Shown here: positions 21,401-36,400 of the stretch, in pieces
Numbering within the stretch: position 1 is the first letter of the stretch
Layout: each line of letters opens with the position of its first letter
DNA from: Harriotta raleighana
Lineage: Eukaryota
Length of the DNA stretch: 64,000 bases
Assembly (NCBI GenBank): GCA_050575255.1
Contig: JBNZDD010013553.1
Coordinates: 505,508-569,507 of the forward strand
Direction: 5' to 3'
Translations under genes and position numbers: made by a program
Notes under the pieces: model-generated
The model's input: only the letters and a program-made list of their open reading frames with translations
Told to the model about the DNA's origin: nothing
The model's database searches: none

Positions 21401-24400
21401 TGCCTCTGATTGCTGCAGCAAATTAAGACCCAGCTGAGTCTTCGGGGTGGGGGAGGGAGGGAGTTTGAATATAAATGTTGCTGCCACTGGGCCAGCTGGC
21501 AGTCAGCATGTTCTCAGTAGTAACTAGTTGAAATAGCAATATGCACATTGTAGATACAAGGAGCAGGATTAGATTCTGACATAGAACTGCAGTTAATAAT
21601 TTTGCTGAAGCTAACACTTTTGCAAAAATCGATAGTTCTGTCTACAACTGCTCCTGAAATAAATGTCCTTTCATCTTATCTAATGTAAGAAAGTGATCAA
21701 AATTATTTTAATGATTATAAATTGAATTGGAGCAATCAGCCAATGCTCATTCATTGCAAAACAGATTTCAATTCTTTTGGCTGTATTCTGTGTGAAGGGT
21801 GGGAGAAATGTATAAGCAGCAATTTTATGACTAGCTCCCATGTTTGTGATGTGTGGCCCTGGCCAGATAGCCAAGGTCTGAATTCAAATTGAGATTTTTG
21901 CTATTTTAAATGAGCTTAATCAATAAATGGGCTGAACAATAATCCATGTGTTTGATATATTGCTTTCATGTTGCTTCAAGGACTCGTAAGGTAGAGTAAC
22001 TGCATTTTGTAAGCATAATGCCGGCATGCTGAGGTACACTAACCAGGAAAGTAGCAAGTTCAATCTTTAATTTGCCGAATCACCTGATCTTTGTCAAAAG
22101 TAACTTTTAATACCCATTGTAGAGAGGAAATTGGGTCTGCATTTTTACTGTGTTGATGGTTATTGACTGACCTCTGCTGGAAAGTGGCAGTGTGTGAACA
22201 TTGAATGAATCTATCTCTTCTGTGATGACCTTGATGTGTGATAGCCTGCTGATACCGGAATGGTATTTGGTTGAGCTATTGGTGGGCTGCTGGTAATGTG
22301 GGCTATACAACAACATCAATGTTGATTTATATAGCGCCCTCCATGCTGGATGGCGTCTCAGAGCGCTTAACAACAATGGATCCCGGGACACAGGCAGGGG
22401 TCGAAAGGTGACCAAAGGTCTTAGGTGGGACCTGAAACTGGGAAAAGAGGGGATGAGGCAAAGGGAGTGAGGAAGGGAGTTCCAGAGCCTCGGGGCTTAG
22501 TGGCTGAAAGCACGGCCGCCGTGGATGGAGCGGAGGATTCGGGGTACACGGACGAGGCCAGATCCAATCAAGCGGTCACCACGGGTGCTGGTTTGAGGAG
22601 AGAGGAGGTCGGAGAAGTAGTGGGTGCAGAGATGTGGAGGGATTTGAAGACAAGGGTGAGGATCTTGCAATCAATCCTCTCTGGGGTAGGGAGCCAGTGA
22701 AGTCTGGCAAATGGGGTAATGGGGGAGCGAAGTTTGGTGTGGGTGAGAATGCGGGAAGCAGAGTTTTGAATTAGTTGGGATTTTATGGATTGTGGTAGAG
22801 GGAGACCGGCGAGGATGGCATTGCAATAGTCCAGCTGAGAGGTATCAAAGGCATGGACCAGGGTTTCAGTGGCTTTTGGAGCAAGATATTGCCGGAGACG
22901 GGCAATCCGACGGAGGTGGAAGAAAGTGGTGCTGGTGAGGGACCGGATGTGGTGGAGGAAGGACAGTTGGAGGTCGAACCTGATGCCTAGGTTGCGCATG
23001 GGTTTGGAGAGTTTTAGGGCCAGGTGGAGGAGGTGAGAGTCGTGAGATTGGAGACCTTGACGAGAGCCAAAGAGTATGGTTTCTGTCTTGTAAATATTCA
23101 GCTGTAGGAAGTTCGCGCTCNCAGCATGTTCTCAGTAGTAACTAGTTGAAATAGCAATATGCACATTGTAGATACAAGGAGCAGGATTAGATTCTGACAT
23201 AGAACTGCAGTTAATAATTTTGCTGAAGCTAACACTTTTGCAAAAATCGATAGTTCTGTCTACAACTGCTCCTGAAATAAATGTCCTTTCATCTTATCTA
23301 ATGTAAGAAAGTGATCAAAATTATTTTAATGATTATAAATTGAATTGGAGCAATCAGCCAATGCTCATTCATTGCAAAACAGATTTCAATTCTTTTGGCT
23401 GTATTCTGTGTGAAGGGTGGGAGAAATGTATAAGCAGCAATTTTATGACTAGCTCCCATGTTTGTGATGTGTGGCCCTGGCCAGATAGCCAAGGTCTGAA
23501 TTCAAATTGAGATTTTTGCTATTTTAAATGAGCTTAATCAATAAATGGGCTGAACAATAATCCATGTGTTTGATATATTGCTTTCATGTTGCTTCAAGGA
23601 CTCGTAAGGTAGAGTAACTGCATTTTGTAAGCATAATGCCGGCATGCTGAGGTACACTAACCAGGAAAGTAGCAAGTTCAATCTTTAATTTGCCGAATCA
23701 CCTGATCTTTGTCAAAAGTAACTTTTAATACCCATTGTAGAGAGGAAATTGGGTCTGCATTTTTACTGTGTTGATGGTTATTGACTGACCTCTGCTGGAA
23801 AGTGGCAGTGTGTGAACATTGAATGAATCTATCTCTTCTGTGATGACCTTGATGTGTGATAGCCTGCTGATACCGGAATGGTATTTGGTTGAGCTATTGG
23901 TGGGCTGCTGGTAATGTGGGCTATACAACAACATCAATGTTGATTTATATAGCGCCCTCCATGCTGGATGGCGTCTCAGAGCGCTTAACAACAATGGATC
24001 CCGGGACACAGGCAGGGGTCGAAAGGTGACCAAAGGTCTTAGGTGGGACCTGAAACTGGGAAAAGAGGGGATGAGGCAAAGGGAGTGAGGAAGGGAGTTC
24101 CAGAGCCTCGGGGCTTAGTGGCTGAAAGCACGGCCGCCGTGGATGGAGCGGAGGATTCGGGGTACACGGACGAGGCCAGATCCAATCAAGCGGTCACCAC
24201 GGGTGCTGGTTTGAGGAGAGAGGAGGTCGGAGAAGTAGTGGGTGCAGAGATGTGGAGGGATTTGAAGACAAGGGTGAGGATCTTGCAATCAATCCTCTCT
24301 GGGGTAGGGAGCCAGTGAAGTCTGGCAAATGGGGTAATGGGGGAGCGAAGTTTGGTGTGGGTGAGAATGCGGGAAGCAGAGTTTTGAATTAGTTGGGATT

Positions 24401-27400
24401 TTATGGATTGTGGTAGAGGGAGACCGGCGAGGATGGCATTGCAATAGTCCAGCTGAGAGGTATCAAAGGCATGGACCAGGGTTTCAGTGGCTTTTGGAGC
24501 AAGATATTGCCGGAGACGGGCAATCCGACGGAGGTGGAAGAAAGTGGTGCTGGTGAGGGACCGGATGTGGTGGAGGAAGGACAGTTGGAGGTCGAACCTG
24601 ATGCCTAGGTTGCGCATGGGTTTGGAGAGTTTTAGGGCCAGGTGGAGGAGGTGAGAGTCGTGAGATTGGAGACCTTGACGAGAGCCAAAGAGTATGGTTT
24701 CTGTCTTGTAAATATTCAGCTGTAGGAAGTTCGCGCTCATCCAGCTCCTGATGTCTGACAGGCAGGCTGACAGAACATCAGGGGATTGGGGGGTCGAAAA
24801 GTGAGGTGGAGAAATAGAGTTGGGTGTCATCTGCATACATGTGAAAGAGGATCCTATATGTCTGTGGATGACGTCCCCAAGAGGGAGCATATAGATGAGG
24901 AAGAGGAGTGGGCTAAGGATGGATCCTTGGGGTGCCCTGCAGGTAACCCGGGTGAGAGCGGGAGGAAAAGCCGTTTGTTGAGATGTACTGCTGGCAGTTT
25001 GTGAGGTAGGACTCGAACCAGGCAAGTGCGGTGGATGACAGGCGGTGGAGGAGGATGGCGTGGTCGACTGTCGATCGCAGATAACGGGTCCAGGCAGATA
25101 AGGAGGCAGAGGGAACCCTGGTCACAGATAGAGAAGACATTATTTGTGACTTTCACAAGCACAGTCTCTATACTGTGGGCAGGGCGGAAACGGGACTGGA
25201 GGGTTCGAAGGGAGTGGGAAGAGAGGTGAGCGCAGAATTGGTTGGCAACAACTCGTTCGAGTGCTTTGGCAAGGAAAGGCAGGTTTGAAATAGAGCGGTA
25301 ATGGCTGGGGTTTGAGGAATCTAGGGAAGGTTTTTTGAGGAGGTGGATGTTAGCAGCAATTTTGAGGGGTGCAGGGACCGTGTGAGTTGCATCTTCAGAA
25401 TATTGTAGAGAGAAAAAGGAAGATTGGTGGAGAAAAATTGTCAAGTCACAGAAAGAATACATTGACAATCCCTTTGCCATTTCTGTTGGTGGTTTCCATG
25501 GGATTGTGTTCTTTTCCTATTAAACTATAACCAGTGCTGAGAAATGTTAAGATCATTTTGCATTGTATGTCAGTTTCGATTTCCCTGAGAATTCAATGCA
25601 AATGATAGCCTTGTGTTCAAGGTTTGTTTTAGCTAATTTTTGTGGGACGAAATATAGAGACAACTGAAAATTGCTGATATCAACGATGAAGAATTTTTAA
25701 AAATGAGTTACTTGCAGTGATTTATTTTTAAAGATTCCAGTTAGGCAGGTGGCATGATTGATCTCAGTCCAAATAAGAGGCTAGTTGTTAATTTGGCAGA
25801 AGCTGGGATGCAAAGTGCGTCCATTTTAAATATTAACAATGGACATTGAACTTCTTTTTAGGCCCAGTAAAATTGTTCCACTACCCACTCTCCCACTGCA
25901 ATATATTCTTCATAAGGGTTTCTATTATAATGGTTTGTTTTAATTCTTTCATAACTAGTGTTTGAGTATAAACTGAAGGGAGCATCAATCGTAACAGATG
26001 TAAAAATCTGTCACGATTGATGTTAACATGGTGCCTTACGTAGGAGTCAAAGTAATCCCAGGTTTAACATTGAAGGAAATCTCTTCACTGTCATACCTTG
26101 TGGAAGGAAAAGTGGACTTTGTTTTATAATCAGGCCAAAAGGTGTTGTCAACCTTACTATCAGATCCAGAAATTTTTAACAATATAGTATTCTAAAGGTA
26201 GTACTGTAACTGTTGCCTATCCTTGGGGCATTTTATGTAAATGTTTTGTTTTTGTTTGTTTGTTATGCTGGTGTTGTTGGATGTATTTTCGGAATCTTGT
26301 TTCCTCTAAATCAGTCAGTCTGCTGGATGTGAACTTTACGATAATTTATTTTTTATGTCTTATGGAGGGGATGTATAGGAGGGGATGACTAGCGGCTTTG
26401 GACTTTTCATTGAATGCTAACACATTCCAGTTGGTTGATCCTGGAAGAGGATCACATCTTCTCAATCAGGGGCAACGATCCCCTCAAATTCAAGTACGGA
26501 ATGGGGGGGGGGGGGGGGGGGGGGGGAGACGACGACGAGGAAACGGGAAAGAGGGAGGGGTAAAGACANCAGTAATGAACTATTATCATGAAAACTCTTT
26601 AAAATGATTGGTTTTGAAAACCCAATGCAGATGGATCCTGATATAGTCAAACTCCTCTTGTTATGAAATTGAAATATAGGTATTTCAAAAGGCATCTTCT
26701 GGTTTTGATAGAGTAATATGTAAGTAAAATTTGGTAAGCTTTAGTTTCTGCAGGATTTGGTCTTTGTCTTATTATAATATATTTGTATACTATTTCCCTT
26801 TAGATAAGTCAGTAATGCCTTACCTGGCTGCTTCCTGTTTTGGAAAGCTTAGGACTGATATGTTTTGTGTTGAGGGCTGAAGATCTGTTGCAAGGAACAA
26901 AATTTGCGCCTAGTTTGATCTAAGTATCATTCATTAATGCTAACCTATTGGTTTACTTATTTGCTTGGCTAGTTTGTAAAGATAGGACTTTGAACTTATT
27001 AATGAAAAAGGTAGATGGCATCGATACTTTTAACTTCTTAATTGTACCTTGTCCCAGAAACACATATTTGTATGAGTAGGTTACTTTCTAATAGGATAAA
27101 TGCAGCTATTATCTGTGTCTCTGTATTGTTTTGCTGATCACAAACTTGCCAAATCATTATTATCCTACAGTAAATAAGTTTATTCCTTTCCCTGCACAGC
27201 TCTGCACTTTATTCTAGTACAGTATCCAGAATTTCACCTTCCTTACATTGTTTCATTTTTACAGCAAAACAGATAGTAGAGATATTTAGTACAATAAAAG
27301 CTTCGTTATCCGGCACCCTCGGGACCTGACCAATCAAATATGCCAGATATTCGAGCGGCTAGTTGCCGAAAATCCTAAACAAAAAATTTACTTTAAAATG

Positions 27401-30400
27401 TACCATATTAATAATTGACTAAATAATAACAGAATATTGTATGGGTATTTACCAATGAAGCATTCCAGCACACTCGGTAAAATGATCGTTAAAACAAAAT
27501 TTGCAGCATTCGTTATAAATAAGTTTAATAAGTTCGCATGCACACGCATGTGCAAAATGAGCATACCATGAGCGTCCTGGATGGCTCCTGTATGAGATCC
27601 AGTTGTTGGAATGGTGAATTGTATTGGGAGATACCGGTTGGTTGGGTGTTGGATAACTAAGTTTTTTTTACTGTATCTTCAAACTACAACTTGCAGTGCA
27701 GCAACAGTGGGCACTAATTGGTGTATTTATGAGCCCTAATAGTAATAAATATTCAATAAACCTTGCATTTGATATAGTACTTTTCACAACTTCTGGACAT
27801 CTCAAAGCACTTTACAAAATATACTTTTAAAGTGAATTGAATGTATATTTGTGGGAAAAACACAGCAGCCAATTGCACGCAGCAGCCAATTGCACACAGC
27901 AGTGATCCACAAACAAGTGACCAATTTAAAAAACATTTTTCCCATAGAATTCTTTATAAACAATGCCAGCCTTGCTCAGTGTTAGCACTCTCGCCTCTGA
28001 GTCAGAAGGTTGTGGGTTCAAGCCCCATGAGGAGTAGAAATTTGATTGCAGTTGGTTATGAACCAGTCTACATGTGAAAGCAGGAGTTCTGTAACTTTTG
28101 CCTTTCCTAAGATACTATGTTCAACTGTAGCGCTCTTTACCACTGAGATTGGTTATGTCAGTTTCATATTGGGAATGAAAAACAAAAAACTGCTTGATGC
28201 TGTGATGGGATATTAGAAGTGTGAGGTATTTTTGGAAGGATGAGATCAAATCATCCGAAGTTCCTTCTTCACCCAAACCACTCTTCTGATATTGTGCTGT
28301 CAGATGGTGCATATGCAACAACAAAATTACATTTATAGAGTGCCTTTTATGTCAGGAGGACATCCCAATGCACTGTTGAGCCAAAAGGGCCACTTCCCAA
28401 CTTAATGGATGCGTGCATCAAATCTGTGTTGCATTGAAACCTTATATCTGTGGGGTTGTAATACAGACAATAAATGTTCCACTTAAAAAGTTTCCCAAGC
28501 TCTGTAAAGCATTAAAGTTACTGAAATATTCAGAGATTTATTTTATGTATGATGAAGTTCACTTGTGGGACATTATAATGATGGTACTGAATTGCCAGTT
28601 AATGCCCTTCTCCTATTTCACTGGTTGATAAAATTATCAGTTAGTTATTTCTGTGACTGCCTTGGATAGCAGACTGTAAGAATAGATCTATACATTTTAT
28701 TTAAAAAACTGCATGTGAGGGCAAAAGATAAGGCCAAACAAATTCTACCCATGTAAGATCTGTGAATGAAATGTAACATTAAATAAACCATAAAGCCTAA
28801 ACTCGATAATCTATAAATCTGTATTTGTCTGTTTTCACAGTATAGCCGGGAGCCTGTGTGTTGCATTATGTTGTGAAGATATTTGTGTATTCAAGCCACT
28901 AGCCTTGCCTGGCATCTTGCTAACCGCAGATTGTGGGGTGGAAAGGAAGTCTGTGACATGAATGCGTAAACTACTTTCTCCTGTAGTTCCTGCAATAGCC
29001 TGTTATGTTAATAATTGGAGTGCGAAGAACATTTTCAACTTCAACTGTTGCAGGAATGGTGGAGGTAGAGGAAAGGGGGAGATATGTGGGAGGCTGAGTG
29101 TTTGTAGTTTCATAGGAAGTAACTAAACAGATTGCCTGTAGGATTGCCCAAACAGATTGCCCAGGAAACACTTGTGAAAGTCTTCCTTCTTAGTTTTTTT
29201 CACTATATTTTTTTCACTACACTGTTGATGTAGAGATCAATCTGGTTAAGGATGATGATTACTGTCTGTTGGACTAACTTAATATTAATAATAATAAACT
29301 GCAGTGTTATTGTATTCCCGAGCACAGTAAGATTGTACTTTTAATTTGATAATATTACGAAAGCTGTCTTTTGGCTAAGCTGGAAAACTCCTGTGGTTTA
29401 TCAAATGAACTGACATTTCCACCTTTCTTGCAATCTTTTGTATACTGGTTGTTTTTAAAAGGATCATAAAGTTTGCAAGGCAGATCTGGTCTGAAAATGC
29501 TCTGAGCGAGATAAGTGCAGGGGCCCATTTTATTGCTGTTAATAGCAGAACATTTGAAGAACACAAGCATTTACTAACAATGCCAAAGCTAAAATTCGTA
29601 CCAGGTTTTACTGCCAATGTACATCAGTACCAAAATAATGTGGATTCAATTTTGTAAACCGAATATGTCCTTGTTTCACTGAAAGAAACCACTATGTTGG
29701 AGTTCTAACCTTGTTGCATGCTGATACAGTAGTTTGATCAAGTTAAATGATAGTTGGTTTAAGGTTTTCATTGTAGAGCTAAAGTGTTTTAAGGGCTAGC
29801 TTCGATAAGGGGAAAATATGTCTTCCTTTTGTATATACAGTAATATGCATTCACTGAGTAGACCTTCCTTTTTCATATAGGACAGTGATGAATGTTGTTT
29901 GTTCAGACTATGAGTTGTGTAAATACCACTTAATGGCTGCATACTTTTTGATCAGCTGCTTCAGGAATTTATCTGAGTTATACAGACCAGGAGTGTCCTT
30001 GAAGATGATTAATAATAATCCTTGGTATATCGCCTGTAATGTTGGAACGTCTCAAAACACTTCACAGGAAATTCCTGTCAAGTGCACTGACTGTATTTGT
30101 AGGAAAACTAGCAATCATTTTGCACACAGTATGGTCCCACAAATAACAATGAAGTGAGTGACTAATTCATCTGTTGCCTAGGATACCGGGACACTCCCAT
30201 TTATTTTCCGAAATACATCTCTGGGATCTTTAATACCCATTTAAAGAATAGCAGGTGGTGCATTGGTTTTAATGTCTCACCTGTATGATATCACCTCCAG
30301 TAATATTCTGTGAAACGCTTTGGGACGTCGATAAGATGTGAAAAGCGCTATATCAAATGCAATGATTATTATCATTATTATGTAGCACTCTGAATTTTAC

Positions 30401-33400
30401 GGCACAAAAGGCCATTCGGCCCATTGAGTCTGTGCCAGCTCTTTAAAAAGAGCAATTTAATCCCACTCCCCAGCTCTCTCCCCATAACCTCGCAAACCCT
30501 TCCTCCCCAAATAAATGTCTACCTCTCTATACTCACTCTATACTTTGCTGGAGTTCCAGACTAGATTATAGGCTCCCAGATTTTAATGCAGTGTTTGAAC
30601 CCACAACCTTCTGACTTAGAAGTGTGAGTTCTACCAACTAAACCAAGCTGGATGGTTATGTTTAATCTTTCTTCTATGTGGTTGTGAGAGAAACGTAATA
30701 AGTTTTCTTCTGGGCTAGGAAGAAAGAGATAAAATAAATGATGCTTTGTGCCGTACACCCTATGTTGCAGGAACTTTTTCATGGGAATACTTTAGGTCTG
30801 CATAGAGAAGTACAATGTGAGTGAAGGGTGGATTCTGAAAACAGTTCTAGGAAATGATAAAATCATAGGGGGAGGAGACCCATTTTTTCACCTTCAACTC
30901 TAGTTAACCCCGTATGCACCACTCAGCTTTCAACATTTACATTGCTTCTGAAGGGTCTACAATTGAAGAAATGTTTAGAACTATGTAATATAACTATCAA
31001 ATGTTCACCCAAGTTTTTTTTAAAATAACAAGTTTTGAAATTATTTCATGATCAAAGGTTTAAATCCTTCAGCTTTCCCTGCACAACCTTGCACATATTG
31101 GCCTTCAAGATGTTCTGCACTGTTAGGATCATCTGGTTCTGCAAGTGTTCGTCTTAGCAAAGCTTACTTAAAAACCCTACTCCTTTAGAAATCTAAAGAT
31201 CTATGTAAATGGACTGAATTCGCAGTTGTGCAGAACAATACGAATTGTTTGCATTGCAGAAATATTGATGTTTTCTGCTAGAGTACTAGAAAAGCGCAAT
31301 GATGGGTGTGTGCCCTTTTGTTGTAGGTTCATTTGATCTGTGAAAACCACCCAATACTCCAGTTTATGCAACTGTGTGCCTGGAGAGAGCATTTTCAGAA
31401 ATACTCTAGGGTGAAGGACAGGTGATAGGAGCAATTTGAGATGAGGAATTAGGAGAATTGCACAAGAAGTGTGTTGGCACAACATAAAAGCAGGTTGGCT
31501 TAAGTGTAATATTTTTTCCAATCTGAATACTCAGGTCAACTTGGTGCTGGTTACTTATATGCTATATAAGCTATATGACCACTGAGTTGCTCTACTTGTT
31601 AGATGACATGATCAGCAGTCAGACTGCTGTATTTGAGCACAGTTTTCGAGATGATGAGAAAAATGTCATCATCATTTTGAGATTGTACTTTTTAATTTGA
31701 CATTATTACAAAAGCTGGCTTTTGGCTAAGCTGGAAAACTCCTGTGGTTTATCAAATGAACTTGACATTTCCACCTTGCAGCCTTTTGTATACTGGTTGT
31801 TTTTGAAAGGATTATAAAGTTTGCAAGGCAGATCTGGTATGCAAGTGCTATGAGCGAGATAAATGTGGGGGCCCACTCTATGGGTGTTAATAGCAGAATA
31901 TTTGAAGAACACAAGCATTTACTAACAGAATGCCAAAGCCAAAATTCGTACCATGTTTTACTGCCGTTGTACATCAGTACCGAAATAATGTGGATTCAAT
32001 TTTGTAAACTGAGTATGTCATTGATTCACTGAAAGAAACCACTATGTTGCAGTTCTAACATTGTTGCATGCTGATACAGTAGTTTGATCAAGTTAAATGA
32101 TAGTTGGTTTAAGGTTTTCATTGTAGAGCTGAAGTGTTTTAAGGGTTAGCTTTGATAAGGGGAAAACATGTTTATATACAGTAATATGTACAGTATTCAC
32201 TGAGTAGACCTTCCTGTTTCATAAAGGACAGTGATGAATGTTGTTTGTTCAGTCTATGAGTTGTGTAAATACCACTTAATAGCAGCATACGTTTTGATCA
32301 GCTGCTTTAGAAATTTATCTGAGCGAAACAGACCAGGAGTGTCCTTAAAAATTATTATTAATAATCCTTGGTATAACGTCTGTAATATTGGAACATCTCA
32401 AGTACTTCACAGGAAATTCCTGTCAACTGCACTGACTGTATTTGTAGGGAAACTAGCAATCATTTTGCACACAGCATGGTCCCACAAACAACGATGAAGT
32501 GAGCGACTAATTCACCTGAAGGATTGTTGGCTAGGATACTGTACCATCCACTGGTACCCAGCCCACTGATGATGGTGCTTTTGCTGCCAGTAAATCCAGA
32601 ACAACTCAATTATACTTTCTCTGTTTCCTTTCTTGAGGTAAATAAAGTATCTATATGAGTATGTATTTGCTGGTGCAAGTTCTCATTGCTCATATTGTTG
32701 GTCTTCTGCGGAACCCAATTTCTCCATCCCCTGTACCCTTGGCATGTAGTTGTCACCCAGGGGGAGCATATAGAGGGTGAAGAGCAGGGGGCCAAGGACA
32801 GAGCCCTGGGGAACGCCGCATGTGACTCTCCCGGGCCTGGAGGAAAAGCTGTAGGAAGAGACAAAGTGAAGGTGGTGGGAGAGATATGACTGGAACCAGT
32901 TAAAGACGGAGCCTTGAAGGTTGAGGAGGGAGAAGAGGCGGTGGAGGAGGATTGTGTGGTCGACAGTGTCGAAGATAGGTCTTGAGTTTAGCTTAGAGAT
33001 CTTGATGTGTTGATTTTATTAATTGTGCAGACAACAAAATCTTTCCAGCCTGGTATTTTACAGGATCAATATGGTCACATTTTATGAGCTAATAAGATCC
33101 ATGAGCTGTGGAGCTTGATGGTGTGATAATAAGCTGTAGGGCTCAAATACATGTGGTTTCAGGATTGCATGACGCGTTTGCTTAAAATTCGATGGCACAG
33201 ATCACAGGCAAGTCCCATGGCACATCACATGCTGAAAGCTTAGTAGGTTAAATTAACATTGGTGGAAGAGGTTGGCTTGGAGAGTAGTGTATCTAACTAG
33301 GAAAGTTTAATTTTATTTCTATTTTAAAGGGGGCCTCTGCAGAAGTAATTGGATTAGGAGTTTCAGGACTCTTGTGCCTGAGTCAGATGGTTATGGGATT

Positions 33401-36400
33401 CAAACTCTATGTCAAATCACATTGTCTTAAGATGACACTCCAATGTAGTGCTGAAAGTAGGTTGCATTGTCAGAATTTGTTGTTTCCTCGCAAATTGTTT
33501 CACTTTCAGACATTTATCCTATCCTTTCCTTACCACCCCACCTCCATAAGACGTTCTTTGCTGTTCATGAGAGGAAATGGTGGAATTGCACTGCACTATT
33601 GCGTCAAGGGACTGTTTTCTGACCAGTTCTGTGTATGCATGTGTGTCTTTCTGTTTCTCTCCCATGCATTTCCCTGTAACAGGGAAATTGATCTGTGAAC
33701 AATCTCATTTAAGTTCAAGGTGTAACAATTTAGGAGAGGAACAGAAAAAAATCTCAGCATTACTATGTGCACCCATCCTTTGACCAAGGTATGGTTAGAA
33801 TGTTGAGGGGGAAGGAAAGCAACCACCTAGAAGCAGCATGCGTAATGTAAAGGAACAATACAAGATCTTAGCCAGTTCCATTTTCTTTTGATGTTTGATT
33901 TTTAAATTGTAAATTGTCATGGTTCACATTATGGCTGGAGGTGTAATTTTGATACCAAATTGTATATTGCACAATAGTTTTTTTATTTAGGCTTCAAACG
34001 GTAGAAAATGTATCTTAGTAAACAATTCTTGTCTGATGGAGACTCATTTATGGGCAAGAATTGACTAGTTTAACCTTAATGTATTCCTTTGGTAAAGGGT
34101 GTGGTTGAGAATCAGTGAGACTGATTGTTAATTTTTAATATTTATTTTAACAGAACAAGTTGTATTTACAGTGAGGTTCTGACATTTGGTAGGTGTATTT
34201 CCTTTTATTTCTTAGTGAAATGGCTTGAATTTGTGATTTCATAAAGCCAGAAAAATGGAATAGGTGTAGAATATGTTTTTGTTCGATATTATGTAGTTAT
34301 ATATGCTGTTTGTATAAAATATATATAGGCCATGGTTGTGATTTTTTTTCCCATAAATATTTATTGTAGTTTATTTCCTTTAACAGTACCAGAAAACCTG
34401 GATAGAAAATACTTTTACAAAGAGGGAATGTGTATATATAATTCCAAGTTCAAAAGATCCCCACAGGTAAAGATTTTTATTGTTCAATTCTGACCTTGTA
34501 TGTGCTTTTATACAAATGTAATTTTGATGTTACTTTTGTATTTTGGACAGTGGAGAAGATTGAATAGATTGAAAGAACCAAAATAAGTTGTTACACTGTT
34601 TCATTCTTTACTACCTGTTACTGTATGATATATCCATATATCCATACTTCAAACTTGATTCTTTGATGAGCATACGTCTGTGGTTCATTCTTCAACAACT
34701 ACGTTATATAAGAGGGTTGTTGTGCTGCCATGTATAGGTATTTGTAAGAACCAGAACAAAAGGGATAAGGACAAATGTGGATAACTACTGCTTCATGAAA
34801 GGGTTCCTTTGTTAATGGTACCACAATTGTCATCTATGGAATTTTGTGGGTGTATCAATCAATCAATCAAAATTACATTTATGTAGCGCCTTTCACATCG
34901 GGAGGACGTCCCAAGGCACTGTACAGTCAAATAGGGATCAGAGAAGGGTGGGGGGTTCGGGGAAGGAAAGTAGGAAAAATTGACTGTATATTTGTGGGTA
35001 TAAGTTTAGATAAGTCTGGGAATTTGTTTTGATAATCTTTAAGATCAAGGAAACATTTTACAAATCTTACCTGGAAGGCTTGCTATCACGTTTAGAGTTG
35101 GGGACAGTCCGCAAAGGGCATATTGCATGTGATCTGAGGAGAGAAAGGGCATTATCATGCGATAAATAAGATTATCTCATTGCATGCTTTAAATCGCAGT
35201 ACGTTAAAATGATGTTTTTTGTGTTATTTTGAAATAATATTAAATTTGTCTTCTTCATTGACCATCTCCAAAAATGTTTGATCTTGGCAGATTAGCTTTA
35301 ACCTTGTATAGTGATCCACTGACTTTGCTCTGCACAAATATAGTGATTCCATCAATTGAGTTTCTTTTTCTTGTTTCCAGATGCCTTCCAGGATGTCAGA
35401 TATGCCAACAGTTGGTCAGGTAAGTTGCTTTTAATGTAATCCAGTAAGGTGACCAAAACAATCTTTTGATGACTAACTACTACCCTTCATCAAATTGACT
35501 TGCAGTAAACCTTGCTGCCAGTAACCGCTTAAAATTGTTTTCAAGATGCTGATTTGGTGGATTATAACTAGTCTAAAATAAATTATAGAAATTTCATTCT
35601 GAACTATTCTGTAAGAAACATCTTATCCTGATGGCTAAGAAAGTGCCAGATTTGTTTATATGGCCAGTACAAATGGAGATTTCTTGAAGACCAATATCTG
35701 CTAATTTACAATAACAATAATCCCTTATCATACATACAGACACTTTCATGGGAATTACAATAAAGTGTATAAACTGTGTACCTAGATAAATGGCAGATAA
35801 TTTGTAACATGTCCCACCAACAGCCTAGGAAGGAATGCCTAATATTGTTTGAGGGATTGTTAACCATGACAACAGGAAAAACTATCTTCTCTTTTGCAAA
35901 TAATAATCCCTCTATAAAAAACACAATAATAAAATTGATCATTTCAATCCACAACTATTTATGTGACACTGCTGTGCACAATTAGCTGCCGCATTTCACC
36001 CACAAATATACAGTCAATTCACTTTACAGTATATTCTGTGAAGAGCTTTGAGACGTCTAGAAAATGTGAAAAGCACTATATCAAATGGAAGACTTATTAT
36101 TATCTTTAATGTCCACCCGTACAAACAGATGGGCATTCAGTTTAACTTCTTATCCAAAGTATGGCACTTTACAATGCTGTGCACTCTCAGTGTCAGCCTA
36201 GATTGTGAGTTCAAAGTCCCAACGTGGGGTTTGACACCACAATCTTTTGAATCAAGCGAGAGTCAACTAAGCAAGGCTGATACTGTAATTTCTATTGATT
36301 ACTATTAGTCACCTCTATTTTTTCGTGCCACAAATTCACAATGACATTTTGATCATGACTTCAGGCAACCTTTTCTTCGGGATTAGAAGGAAAGGAAAGC

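Noticed and set aside
21504-24738. Perfect 1.6-kb tandem duplication
   Set aside because: The copies appear identical and meet exactly at a single N (23121), typical of an unmerged contig overlap. Read depth or long reads would confirm; not treated as biology.
24186-25480. 279-aa and 208-aa minus-strand ORFs as a novel RT system
   Set aside because: They are frameshifted fragments of an ordinary 5'-truncated L2 LINE ORF2, with no endonuclease, ORF1 or partner gene.
26500-26570. Poly-G tract next to an N (26569)
   Set aside because: Low-complexity contig end at an assembly gap, so the sequence is unreliable.
29885-29977. C/D-box snoRNA-like pattern GTGATGA...CTGA in both duplicated copies
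   Set aside because: No terminal stem, no clear C'/D' boxes and no recognisable guide; such boxes occur often by chance. A snoscan/Infernal hit would overturn this.
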